The notes under the pieces are model-generated. The model did not search any database and was not told where the DNA came from. It was given only the letters and a program-made list of their open reading frames with translations. Below are positions 48,334-54,732 of a stretch of DNA of 54,732 bases, in pieces (position 1 is the first letter of the stretch; each line of letters starts with the position of its first letter). Position numbers and translations under genes: made by a program. Origin of the DNA: a virus (Duplodnaviria; Caudoviricetes); the IMG/VR virus record IMGVR_UViG_3300025450_000037, positions 1 to 54,732 of that record. One strand, 5' to 3'.

Positions 48334-48419
48334 GTTTGGCAAATCGCCAAATATCCTGAGCAAGATATAAAAAGGCTCAACACAAAACCCAACAAAGAAA
48401 AAAAGAAAAGGAAAACTAA

Positions 48420-48590
48420 ATGTCACTCAACGGATATACATATCAAGTCGGAGATCTATTCACAACCTCAACAACAGGTGTAACAGGTCGCATTAACTCT
48501 TTCGCACCAATTAGCAAGACTGTAACTCGTGTTGGTCTTACTTTAGCAAATGGTCAAAAGCGTTTTGCAATGGTAAAAACAGCAAAGTAA
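48420..48590 (+). CDS. 56-aa small beta-barrel-like protein, paralog B
   Basis: MSLNGYTYQVGDLFTTSTTGVTGRI...; GAAAAGGA RBS. Confidence 0.75.
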   Translation: MSLNGYTYQVGDLFTTSTTGVTGRINSFAPISKTVTRVGLTLANGQKRFAMVKTAK

Positions 48591-48669
48591 TGATATAATA
48601 AATCTTGGCGGGACTGCCCACTAATACTGACACTCCCGCCATCTACTAATAAAAAGGATAGAAAATAAA

Positions 48670-48843
48670 ATGATGACAAGAAAAGACTATGTTGCAACTG
48701 CTGAAATTTTAAACTCTTATGGTTCAGAAATGAAATTAGAAGTGTTAGAAGATTTAGTAAATGATTTCATCGAAATGTTTGCAGCAGATAACGAGCGTTT
48801 TGATTCTGACAGGTTCTGGGACGAATGTTTCAAAAATCTATAA
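48670..48843 (+). CDS. 57-aa hypothetical protein
   Basis: MMTRKDYVATAEIL...FAADNERFDSDRF; AAAGGA RBS. Confidence 0.7.
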   Translation: MMTRKDYVATAEILNSYGSEMKLEVLEDLVNDFIEMFAADNERFDSDRFWDECFKNL

Positions 48844-48956
48844 TGGAAAAAGTTAAACGCATACAAGAGCTTAGGCGTAGCAATGCTGCTACGCCTCTGC
48901 AAAATAAAAAGAAATATAATCGCAAAACAAAATATAAAAACAAATTAGTTGAATAA
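48843..48956 (+). CDS. 37-aa basic peptide, paralog 1
   Basis: MEKVKRIQELRRSNAATPLQNKKKYNRKTKYKNKLVE; TAATG coupling. Confidence 0.7.
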   Translation: MEKVKRIQELRRSNAATPLQNKKKYNRKTKYKNKLVE

Positions 48957-48978
48957 TCAACTAATTTTTGTCGATGCG

Positions 48979-49011
48979 TTATCCACAGGTTTATCCACAG
49001 ATTGTGGATTA
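48979..49011. promoter_or_regulatory. DnaA box cluster
   Basis: TTATCCACA at 48979 and 48991; inverted one-mismatch copy TGTGGATTA at 49003. Confidence 0.75.
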
Positions 49012-49237
49012 TAATTAACCTTAAGTTCACCTAAAATATACGGCGTGTCGCTTGATTTTTCCGTTTAAGTGTGATAAACTTCCAGTTATAAAATTAAATA
49101 ATGCTATAAAGCGTGTGGCTTATATCACACCGCTAAGCGTCTCAAAGGTTGAGACTACTAGCCAGTATACTTGATAGTAGCGAAAAAGTATGTTAAACTA
49201 GCGATAGTTAAACAGTTAAAAAAGAAAGGTGGTCAAA

Positions 49238-49426
49238 ATGACTACACTAACAAATATAGGCTTAGCCTTAAATATCCCTGCTACCTTAGAAAATCGTATT
49301 ATTCACGATTTTAACAATGGGGGATGTACCTCATCTTATGGCTTATCTACGCCTCAGCGTATAGCCTTATTAAAAATCCTCTTGGGTGGTAATGCCCCTA
49401 AGTGTGAGTGTATCCACTGCCTCTAA
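49238..49426 (+). CDS. Hypothetical protein
   Basis: GAAAGGTGG RBS before ATG 49238; C-terminal CECIHC. Confidence 0.6.
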   Translation: MTTLTNIGLALNIPATLENRIIHDFNNGGCTSSYGLSTPQRIALLKILLGGNAPKCECIHCL

Positions 49427-49448
49427 TGTCAGTGGTCAATGCTATAAT
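49427..49448 (+). promoter_or_regulatory. RecA-NDp/PafBC-type promoter 3
   Basis: TGTCAGTG-gtcaatgc-TATAAT. Confidence 0.8.
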
Positions 49449-49482
49449 TACCAATTAACAAGAAAGAAAGAAGGTAGCAAAT

Positions 49483-49707
49483 ATGCTAATCTCAGAAGCC
49501 TTAGAAGGCAAATATGTAAAGTCCTCAAAAGGACAAGGCATAATCCAATATGCAGATTTCCGAAAGGATATGCACCACTCTACACCAGAGGGTTATCTTG
49601 CTTATGCTTGCAAGGTTCGCCCTACGTATAACCCCGAAGTGCATAAGTTTATTCCAGAAGATTTCTGGACAACAATTTATGTCGGATTGGATAGTGAATT
49701 ACTATGA
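49483..49707 (+). CDS. Hypothetical protein
   Basis: 74 aa; GAAGGT RBS. Confidence 0.65.
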   Translation: MLISEALEGKYVKSSKGQGIIQYADFRKDMHHSTPEGYLAYACKVRPTYNPEVHKFIPEDFWTTIYVGLDSELL

Positions 49708-49910
49708 CAATTAAAATTGGTGGGCTAGGGCAGGAGATTTCTGCCTATTGCCCAGTATGCTCACAAAAGATGACCCATATGTGTATTGCTACACTTGGAA
49801 CGGGTCGCACAATTCGCTATGCTTGGGAATGTCAGCCTTGCGAATTATCTCTTAAATCCGATAAAGATGGCAATGCTCATCTTCTAACAGAAATGGCTTA
49901 CTATGTCTGA
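49704..49910 (+). CDS. Small Zn-ribbon protein
   Basis: CPVC...CQPC; ATGA overlap. Confidence 0.6.
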   Translation: MTIKIGGLGQEISAYCPVCSQKMTHMCIATLGTGRTIRYAWECQPCELSLKSDKDGNAHLLTEMAYYV

Positions 49911-49951
49911 TGCAATATTTATATGCGATGATTGCGATACTCTTGCAACAG

Positions 49952-49973
49952 TGTCAGTGGGGTCTGATACAAT
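49952..49973 (+). promoter_or_regulatory. RecA-NDp/PafBC-type promoter 4
   Basis: TGTCAGTG-gggtctga-TACAAT. Confidence 0.8.
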
Positions 49974-50018
49974 AACTATAAATCCCTGCAAATGTGTAAC
50001 ACTAGATTGGAATAACTA

Positions 50019-50225
50019 ATGTATAAAATTACAACAACCTATGACGAAAATCCCGTCCCACACTCTATTCACTCTTATGCTGATGCACTTGATGCGTTTG
50101 ACTCGTTTGGTCGTTGCACCGATTGGGGATTTGCAGATGAATATGCAACCTACAATTTAACTTTACCTGATGGAAAAATGTACACAAAGATTTTTTATCG
50201 TAGCGGAAAAGTTGGTGGAAAGTAA
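50019..50225 (+). CDS. Hypothetical protein
   Basis: 68-aa ORF downstream of promoter 4. Confidence 0.6.
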   Translation: MYKITTTYDENPVPHSIHSYADALDAFDSFGRCTDWGFADEYATYNLTLPDGKMYTKIFYRSGKVGGK

Positions 50226-50297
50226 TGGTAACAACAATTCACCTTGGTGGAATAGAATCAGAATGTGAGAAGTGTCGTGAAATTGCGGGAGAAAATA

Positions 50298-50399
50298 ATG
50301 AATAAAGTAAATCGTGTTCAAGAGTTGCGGAGATCAAATGCTGCAACTCCAATTCGTAACAAGAAAAAATATACACGCAAAATAAAATATAAAAAATAA
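50298..50399 (+). CDS. 33-aa basic peptide, paralog 2
   Basis: MNKVNRVQELRRSNAATPIRNKKKYTRKIKYKK; GGGAG RBS. Confidence 0.7.
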   Translation: MNKVNRVQELRRSNAATPIRNKKKYTRKIKYKK

Positions 50400-50514
50400 A
50401 TTTGACAATTAGCTTATTTTGGGTCGACCCGCCTGACTGGTCATTGTCAATACGACACGCCGTTTACGGCGTGTGATTTTAATCTCATAAATACTGGCGG
50501 GTACAAGTGGATAA

Positions 50515-50536
50515 TGTCAGTGGGTTCTGGTATACT
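50515..50536 (+). promoter_or_regulatory. RecA-NDp/PafBC-type promoter 5
   Basis: TGTCAGTG-ggttctgg-TATACT. Confidence 0.8.
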
Positions 50537-50567
50537 TCCAACTATCAAGAAAAGAAAGGGGCATTAA

Positions 50568-50795
50568 ATGTCTACTATTGCCACATATTGCAAAGATTGC
50601 AATAAGCGTTTATCTGATATTTCAGTATATGACGCTCCCTATACTTCCGATTCTACTTGCTGGGAGTGTATCTTCAAGTCCTGCGATTTTTGCTATGGTC
50701 AAGGAATTACTGGCTGGGTATCTCCAGATGGTGATTTTGATTTTGATTATTGCGAATGCAACCCACTATGCCTAACACTAGAGGAGGTCAAATAA
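50568..50795 (+). CDS. Cys-rich small protein
   Basis: CKDC, CWEC, CDFC and CEC motifs. Confidence 0.6.
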   Translation: MSTIATYCKDCNKRLSDISVYDAPYTSDSTCWECIFKSCDFCYGQGITGWVSPDGDFDFDYCECNPLCLTLEEVK

Positions 50796-50986
50796 TGACT
50801 AATGAAACTATTTTTGAAGTCGCTTGCCTATACTATGAAGTATGCGGTACAAGCGAAGTATTCTACTCTGAAGAAGAGTATGATATTTATGGGGATGATT
50901 ATGTATGCCCTGAATGTCAAGACTCTGTTGCAGAGTTTTACTCTGATTCCTTCCCGCTTTATCTTGAATATGATGAGGGGGAGTAA
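50795..50986 (+). CDS. Acidic Zn-ribbon-like small protein
   Basis: GGAGG RBS; C....C and CPEC; very D/E-rich. Confidence 0.55.
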   Translation: MTNETIFEVACLYYEVCGTSEVFYSEEEYDIYGDDYVCPECQDSVAEFYSDSFPLYLEYDEGE

Positions 50987-51064
50987 TGTCTGATAAGTCT
51001 GCTCAAGATCTGTTTAATGAAATGGATACCCTCTGGGATAATTTCAAGAAAGCCACTTGGCAAA

Positions 51065-51086
51065 TGTCAGTGGTACCTGCTACAAT
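51065..51086 (+). promoter_or_regulatory. RecA-NDp/PafBC-type promoter 6
   Basis: TGTCAGTG-gtacctgc-TACAAT. Confidence 0.8.
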
Positions 51087-51122
51087 AACATCCTCAACCC
51101 AACCAAAGAATGGAAACTAACA

Positions 51123-51596
51123 ATGAACACATCCCTAACCCGTGGCGAAGCCAAAGATACAATTGACTTCGCAATTGAACAATTTATCAACGAGATTGAA
51201 GTCTCTGACGGTATGCTATTAACGATTACCTATGCCGTAAATAATGACCTGCAGATTCGTGATTACTTCCTTGGTCTCCCGTCCGATTATGGTATGCAGG
51301 TATGCGTTGATTTTGTCAATTATCTTTCACGAGTAACTAATGCACGAGAAGGATATGCATATGACACAATTTCTGCGATGTATCATATTGAACAAGGCAA
51401 CACAGACTTGGCTAAGTCTCTGCTAGAAATTGCAGAAAAAAATAATCCTGATTATAATCTGATGAAACTTGCAAAGAGAATTCTTTCAGCAGGTTGGCCA
51501 GGTTCTGCATTAACTAGAATGCGTAATGAATTGCATTCTTCAGTTGTGGATACTATCACCGAAGAGCCAAATATTTTAATTGGGGAGGTGGCGTAA
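51123..51596 (+). CDS. Helical hypothetical protein
   Basis: Start moved to ATG 51123, downstream of promoter 6. Confidence 0.65.
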   Translation: MNTSLTRGEAKDTIDFAIEQFINEIEVSDGMLLTITYAVNNDLQIRDYFLGLPSDYGMQVCVDFVNYLSRVTNAREGYAYDTISAMYHIEQGNTDLAKSLLEIAEKNNPDYNLMKLAKRILSAGWPGSALTRMRNELHSSVVDTITEEPNILIGEVA

Positions 51597-51811
51597 TGGC
51601 TAAGCATCCACCAGTCGGGAATGCCAAATGGCATTCCGTGTTTGCAGATGACAATTGCAAAGTTTGGCAAGATGGCAATGATGATATTTTTTTCAAGGTT
51701 GCGATCAAGGGTCAACGTGTAAAATATTTTTACAATGAAACTGCACACAGTGACGTTGCACGTTACTGTTCAGACAATTTAGGAATTCGTTATTGGTCCG
51801 TGTTAGATTAA
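51596..51811 (+). CDS. Hypothetical protein
   Basis: GGAGGT RBS; TAATG coupling. Confidence 0.65.
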   Translation: MAKHPPVGNAKWHSVFADDNCKVWQDGNDDIFFKVAIKGQRVKYFYNETAHSDVARYCSDNLGIRYWSVLD

Positions 51812-52089
51812 TTTAAATGGGGTGGGTAATGACTGCAATGGCTTATATTTATGTATACGGATTAATATGGGCCATTGCTGCATTCTTAATTAAAGCTTGG
51901 GAATTATTAAAAGATAATTAGCGTGTTGCATTTGACAAATGCATTTTTTTGGGTCGACACGCTCGGGCGTGTCGTACACAGGTTGTGGATAAAGTTTGAC
52001 TAGTCAATTACGAGGTGATGTTTATCACATTCAAAAAATCGGACATTACGGACAAATGTTTGTTTATCTTGCTTTACGGAATAGACAAG

Positions 52090-52111
52090 TGTCAGTGCCA
52101 TCTGCTAGAAT
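52090..52111 (+). promoter_or_regulatory. RecA-NDp/PafBC-type promoter 7
   Basis: TGTCAGTG-ccatctgc-TAGAAT. Confidence 0.8.
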
Positions 52112-52141
52112 AGGCATACATTAACAAGAAAGAAGGAAAAT

Positions 52142-53179
52142 ATGACTAACCCTATGTCACAAGTTCACCGCTCAGAAGTTGAGTCTGGTGAAGTATCTCT
52201 CGCTGTATCTACCCGCACTAACCCTGCTTGGCATAGTTTTGCTAACAAGGTCTTCACAAAAGATGAAGAAGTAACAACCGCACAAATGCTAGAGGGTGCT
52301 AAGTTGTCTAATTGGAATGTTCAATTAGAGTCTGTGTCTGATTTGCTTGCAGATAATTATACTACTGTTAGCGAGAATTTTCTCGTTACACGTGATAACC
52401 CTTATACAGCAGGACAAAAAGATGTTCTCTCAGTTGTAGGCTCACGCTATAAGACAGTTCAGAATGAAGATTTATTCTCATTCGCAGATAACTTACACGA
52501 TGGCAATTCAGATGTCTATTGGGAAAGTGCAGGTTCTCTCAAGAATGGTCGTGTTGTATTCGGCACAATGTCAATTCCCCGCACTATGGTTCTTGACCCT
52601 AATGGTGCTAACGATCAGACTAATCTTTATCTCGTAGTCTACACTTCACACGATGGTTCTGTTGCTGTTCAGTCTGCAATTACCCCTGTTCGTGTTATGT
52701 GTCAGAATACACTTAATTTCGCTATGCGTAAGGCTAAGCAATCTTTCAAGATTCGCCATACTCAGACAGTAGATGGAAAGATCGCTGCTGCTCGTGAGGC
52801 TTTAGGCTTGACATTCTCCTATATGGACGAATTCGAAAAGCAAGCACAAGAGTTGTTCTCTCGTGAAGTTACCAATGCAAAGTTTTCTGAGATCATTAAC
52901 AAATTATATGTTAAGCCAGAGGCAGACGTTAAGGGTGCTGTAAAGAAGTGGGAAAACAAGGTTCTGCTCATAGATGAGTTGTACCATAACTCTCCTACTA
53001 ATGCTAATATCAAGGGTACAGCGTGGGGTGTTGTAAATGCACTTACCGAACGCCTTGATTATTATCGCACAGCCCGCAAGGGTGGCGATTCGCTAATGGC
53101 AGGTGCAAGTGGATTTGACCCTGTTGTTACAGCAGAAAAAAATAAAATTGTTAAGCAGGTTCTTGCACTTACCGCTTAA
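52142..53179 (+). CDS. DUF932-like phage/plasmid protein
   Basis: PAWH, Y..VQN, ESAGSLKNGRVVF, SHDGS, TPVRVMCQNTL and GTAWGVVNALTE motifs. Confidence 0.8.
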   Translation: MTNPMSQVHRSEVESGEVSLAVSTRTNPAWHSFANKVFTKDEEVTTAQMLEGAKLSNWNVQLESVSDLLADNYTTVSENFLVTRDNPYTAGQKDVLSVVGSRYKTVQNEDLFSFADNLHDGNSDVYWESAGSLKNGRVVFGTMSIPRTMVLDPNGANDQTNLYLVVYTSHDGSVAVQSAITPVRVMCQNTLNFAMRKAKQSFKIRHTQTVDGKIAAAREALGLTFSYMDEFEKQAQELFSREVTNAKFSEIINKLYVKPEADVKGAVKKWENKVLLIDELYHNSPTNANIKGTAWGVVNALTERLDYYRTARKGGDSLMAGASGFDPVVTAEKNKIVKQVLALTA

Positions 53180-53185
53180 TAAATC

Positions 53186-53207
53186 GTGAGGGGCGAAAGC
53201 CCCTCAC
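53186..53207 (+). other. GC-rich GAAA-tetraloop hairpin just before the tRNA
   Basis: gtgaggggc-gaaa-gcccctcac, a perfect 9-bp stem with no U-tract. Confidence 0.7.
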
Positions 53208-53213
53208 CATCAC

Positions 53214-53287
53214 GGTCTGTTAGATTAATTGGTTAAATCGCTACCCTGTCACGGTAGAGATCACGGGTTCAAGTCCCGTACAGATCG
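53214..53287 (+). tRNA. tRNA-Asp (GTC)
   Basis: Acceptor GGTCTGT/ACAGATC, D-arm, anticodon arm CTACC-CTGTCAC-GGTAG and T-arm ACGGG-TTCAAGT-CCCGT. Discriminator is G; CCA is not encoded (CAA follows). Confidence 0.92.
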
Positions 53288-53411
53288 CAAAAGTTTGACT
53301 GATCATCACGGCGTGTCGGGTTGACAAAGCTGCAAAAATGGGTCGACACGCTCGGGCGTGTCGGGTGTGATAATAAACACAGTTACGATATACGGCGTGT
53401 CGGATGGAAAA

Positions 53412-53433
53412 TGTCAGTGGGTTACGATATAAT
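53412..53433 (+). promoter_or_regulatory. RecA-NDp/PafBC-type promoter 8
   Basis: TGTCAGTG-ggttacga-TATAAT. Confidence 0.8.
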
Positions 53434-53457
53434 AATGCCCTGATGAAAGGAAAACTA

Positions 53458-54072
53458 ATGAACTGGTTTAAATGGGATTACGTTTGCCCATATTGCGATG
53501 CACATATTGAAATGACTATTAAACCTAATGGTCATCCACATAGCGAGATTTGCCCAAAATGCTTTGAGCGTTTAACACTAATGTCAGTGGTAGATGTTAC
53601 AATTAGTCCTATAACTACTAAGAAAGAAGATGAAATGGAAACTCTTACTAATCCCGCCGATATTTACAACCCAAATGCTTTGGTTACTTACAAGAAGATT
53701 GTAAATGGTCAGGCTGAGTATGTAACTATTAAAACAGTAGAACTTGATTGGGATATGAACCGAGCAAGACAAGATGCAAAGCAGGTTCTCAATGACTATG
53801 AGAAGGCAGTTGCACTTGAGGATATTATCAAGGAAAACTATCTTGAGTCTGGGGATCAGGGAACACTCCTCAAGATTGCAGAACTCTTTAATATTGCATT
53901 AACTAAAGATATTGAGTTTGTTGCAACTATCGAAATTGCAGGAACAGTTACAGTTGATATGACAGATGAAGATGCTTTGCAAACTTTGCTAGAAAATAGC
54001 ATAAATGTGTCTTCCTATGATGGTGATTTAGATGTGTCTGATTATGTTCTTATTAACTATGAGGAGAGATAA
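53458..54072 (+). CDS. Hypothetical protein with N-terminal Zn ribbon and a possible internal start at 53635
   Basis: GAAAGGA RBS before ATG 53458; CPYC..CPKC; in-frame ATG 53635 lies downstream of promoter 9. Confidence 0.65.
   Translation: MNWFKWDYVCPYCDAHIEMTIKPNGHPHSEICPKCFERLTLMSVVDVTISPITTKKEDEMETLTNPADIYNPNALVTYKKIVNGQAEYVTIKTVELDWDMNRARQDAKQVLNDYEKAVALEDIIKENYLESGDQGTLLKIAELFNIALTKDIEFVATIEIAGTVTVDMTDEDALQTLLENSINVSSYDGDLDVSDYVLINYEER
53582..53603 (+). promoter_or_regulatory. RecA-NDp/PafBC-type promoter 9 (intragenic)
   Basis: TGTCAGTG-gtagatgt-TACAAT. Confidence 0.75.
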
Positions 54073-54338
54073 TGGTAATCACTTTACAAGTCCCGACCAA
54101 AGCCCAAATGGGCTATGGTTTGGGCAAGTGTATTCAGTATGGCGTTGAATACAATGTCTTAAATGATTTACAAGTTGAATTAACTTCTGCTGATGAAATC
54201 AAACTAACTAAAATGGCAGTTGCCTTTCAAGGCAAGTTGCTTGATGTAAAACAAACTGAATATGTGGCTGGGGATCTTCCAAAGTATGAAGTCCAGTATG
54301 CTAGAACTAATAGACCTATTCAGACACGCCGTAAATAG
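54072..54338 (+). CDS. Hypothetical protein
   Basis: GAGGAG RBS; TAATG coupling. Confidence 0.6.
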   Translation: MVITLQVPTKAQMGYGLGKCIQYGVEYNVLNDLQVELTSADEIKLTKMAVAFQGKLLDVKQTEYVAGDLPKYEVQYARTNRPIQTRRK

Positions 54339-54403
54339 ATTTGCCAAAGGCAACCTGCCTATGGTAGAATAACACCTCACCCAACAACAGAAAAGGAAAC
54401 AAA

Positions 54404-54732
54404 ATGGCTAGAGCAATCTCCGTTAAAGTAGCAACACCAAAAGTAATTGCTGCACTAGAAGCAAAGTTAGCATCACTAGAGTCTACACTTGCAACATCAC
54501 AAGCAAACGAGGAAGCATACCAAACTGCTTGGAAACAATATCAGACACAGTTACAGAACTATTGTGTTGCAAATATCTCGCAAGCAACTAACTTCCGTGT
54601 ATCAAACCGCTCATATAATAATCTAGTGAACATTGACTATGATGTTCCAACTAACTTGGCTGGATTCCCAGTAGAGCCTAAGCGTGATTTTGAGGTAGTG
54701 TATGAGCATAACGTTACTTCTGCAAAAGAAGA
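54404..54732 (+). CDS. Hypothetical protein, truncated by the window end
   Basis: MARAISVKVATPKVIAALEAKL...; GAAAAGGA RBS; upstream TTGCCA...TGGTAGAAT promoter. Confidence 0.65.
   Translation, partial: MARAISVKVATPKVIAALEAKLASLESTLATSQANEEAYQTAWKQYQTQLQNYCVANISQATNFRVSNRSYNNLVNIDYDVPTNLAGFPVEPKRDFEVVYEHNVTSAKE

Noticed and set aside
48717-49030. Minus-strand ORFs 48717..48902 and 48830..49030 (and 47525..47722, 51452..51748)
   Set aside because: They are antisense to plus-strand micro-genes with clear RBSs, or they span operator modules.
53214-53287. tRNA as a prophage attachment site
   Set aside because: No integrase, no duplicated tRNA 3' end and no host genes; phage-type early genes continue on both sides.
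1-54732. Alternative genetic code (stop-codon reassignment)
   Set aside because: Core genes are full-length under the standard code with normal coupling, and no suppressor tRNA was seen.

Overview
This window is a 54.7-kb piece of a large, AT-rich, tailed dsDNA phage (siphovirus-type, long tape measure). The host is most likely a low-GC actinobacterium, inferred from promoter and operator motifs. Positions 1-43.6 kb lie almost entirely on the minus strand: tail tip, tape measure, tail chaperones with a -1 frameshift, major tail, head-tail connectors, HK97-type capsid and protease, holin and CHAP endolysin, portal, a fibre/adhesin gene block, class II ribonucleotide reductase and a GT4 glycosyltransferase. 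Positions 43.6-54.7 kb lie on the plus strand: cell-wall and glycosyl enzymes, then an early-type region of tiny genes, a DUF932-like gene and tRNA-Asp. Two candidate undescribed systems stand out. (1) Six prolyl-hydroxylase-like 2OG-Fe(II) dioxygenases sit inside the virion operon, directly after an FN3 protein carrying (PPGFFA)n arrays and a C-terminal Hint domain. A tail protein missing from the ORF track carries extensin-like (PPPPPYVA)n arrays and shares an IYTGVTPPPPP motif with that protein. This suggests a hydroxyproline (possibly glycosylated) virion-modification pathway. (2) The early region has nine TGTCAGTG-N8-TAnnnT promoters matching the actinobacterial RecA-independent/PafBC DNA-damage promoter. 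They sit in repeated intergenic modules packed with WhiA-like GACAC, CRP-like and DnaA boxes. All functional assignments come from reading motifs by eye; no database searches were run.
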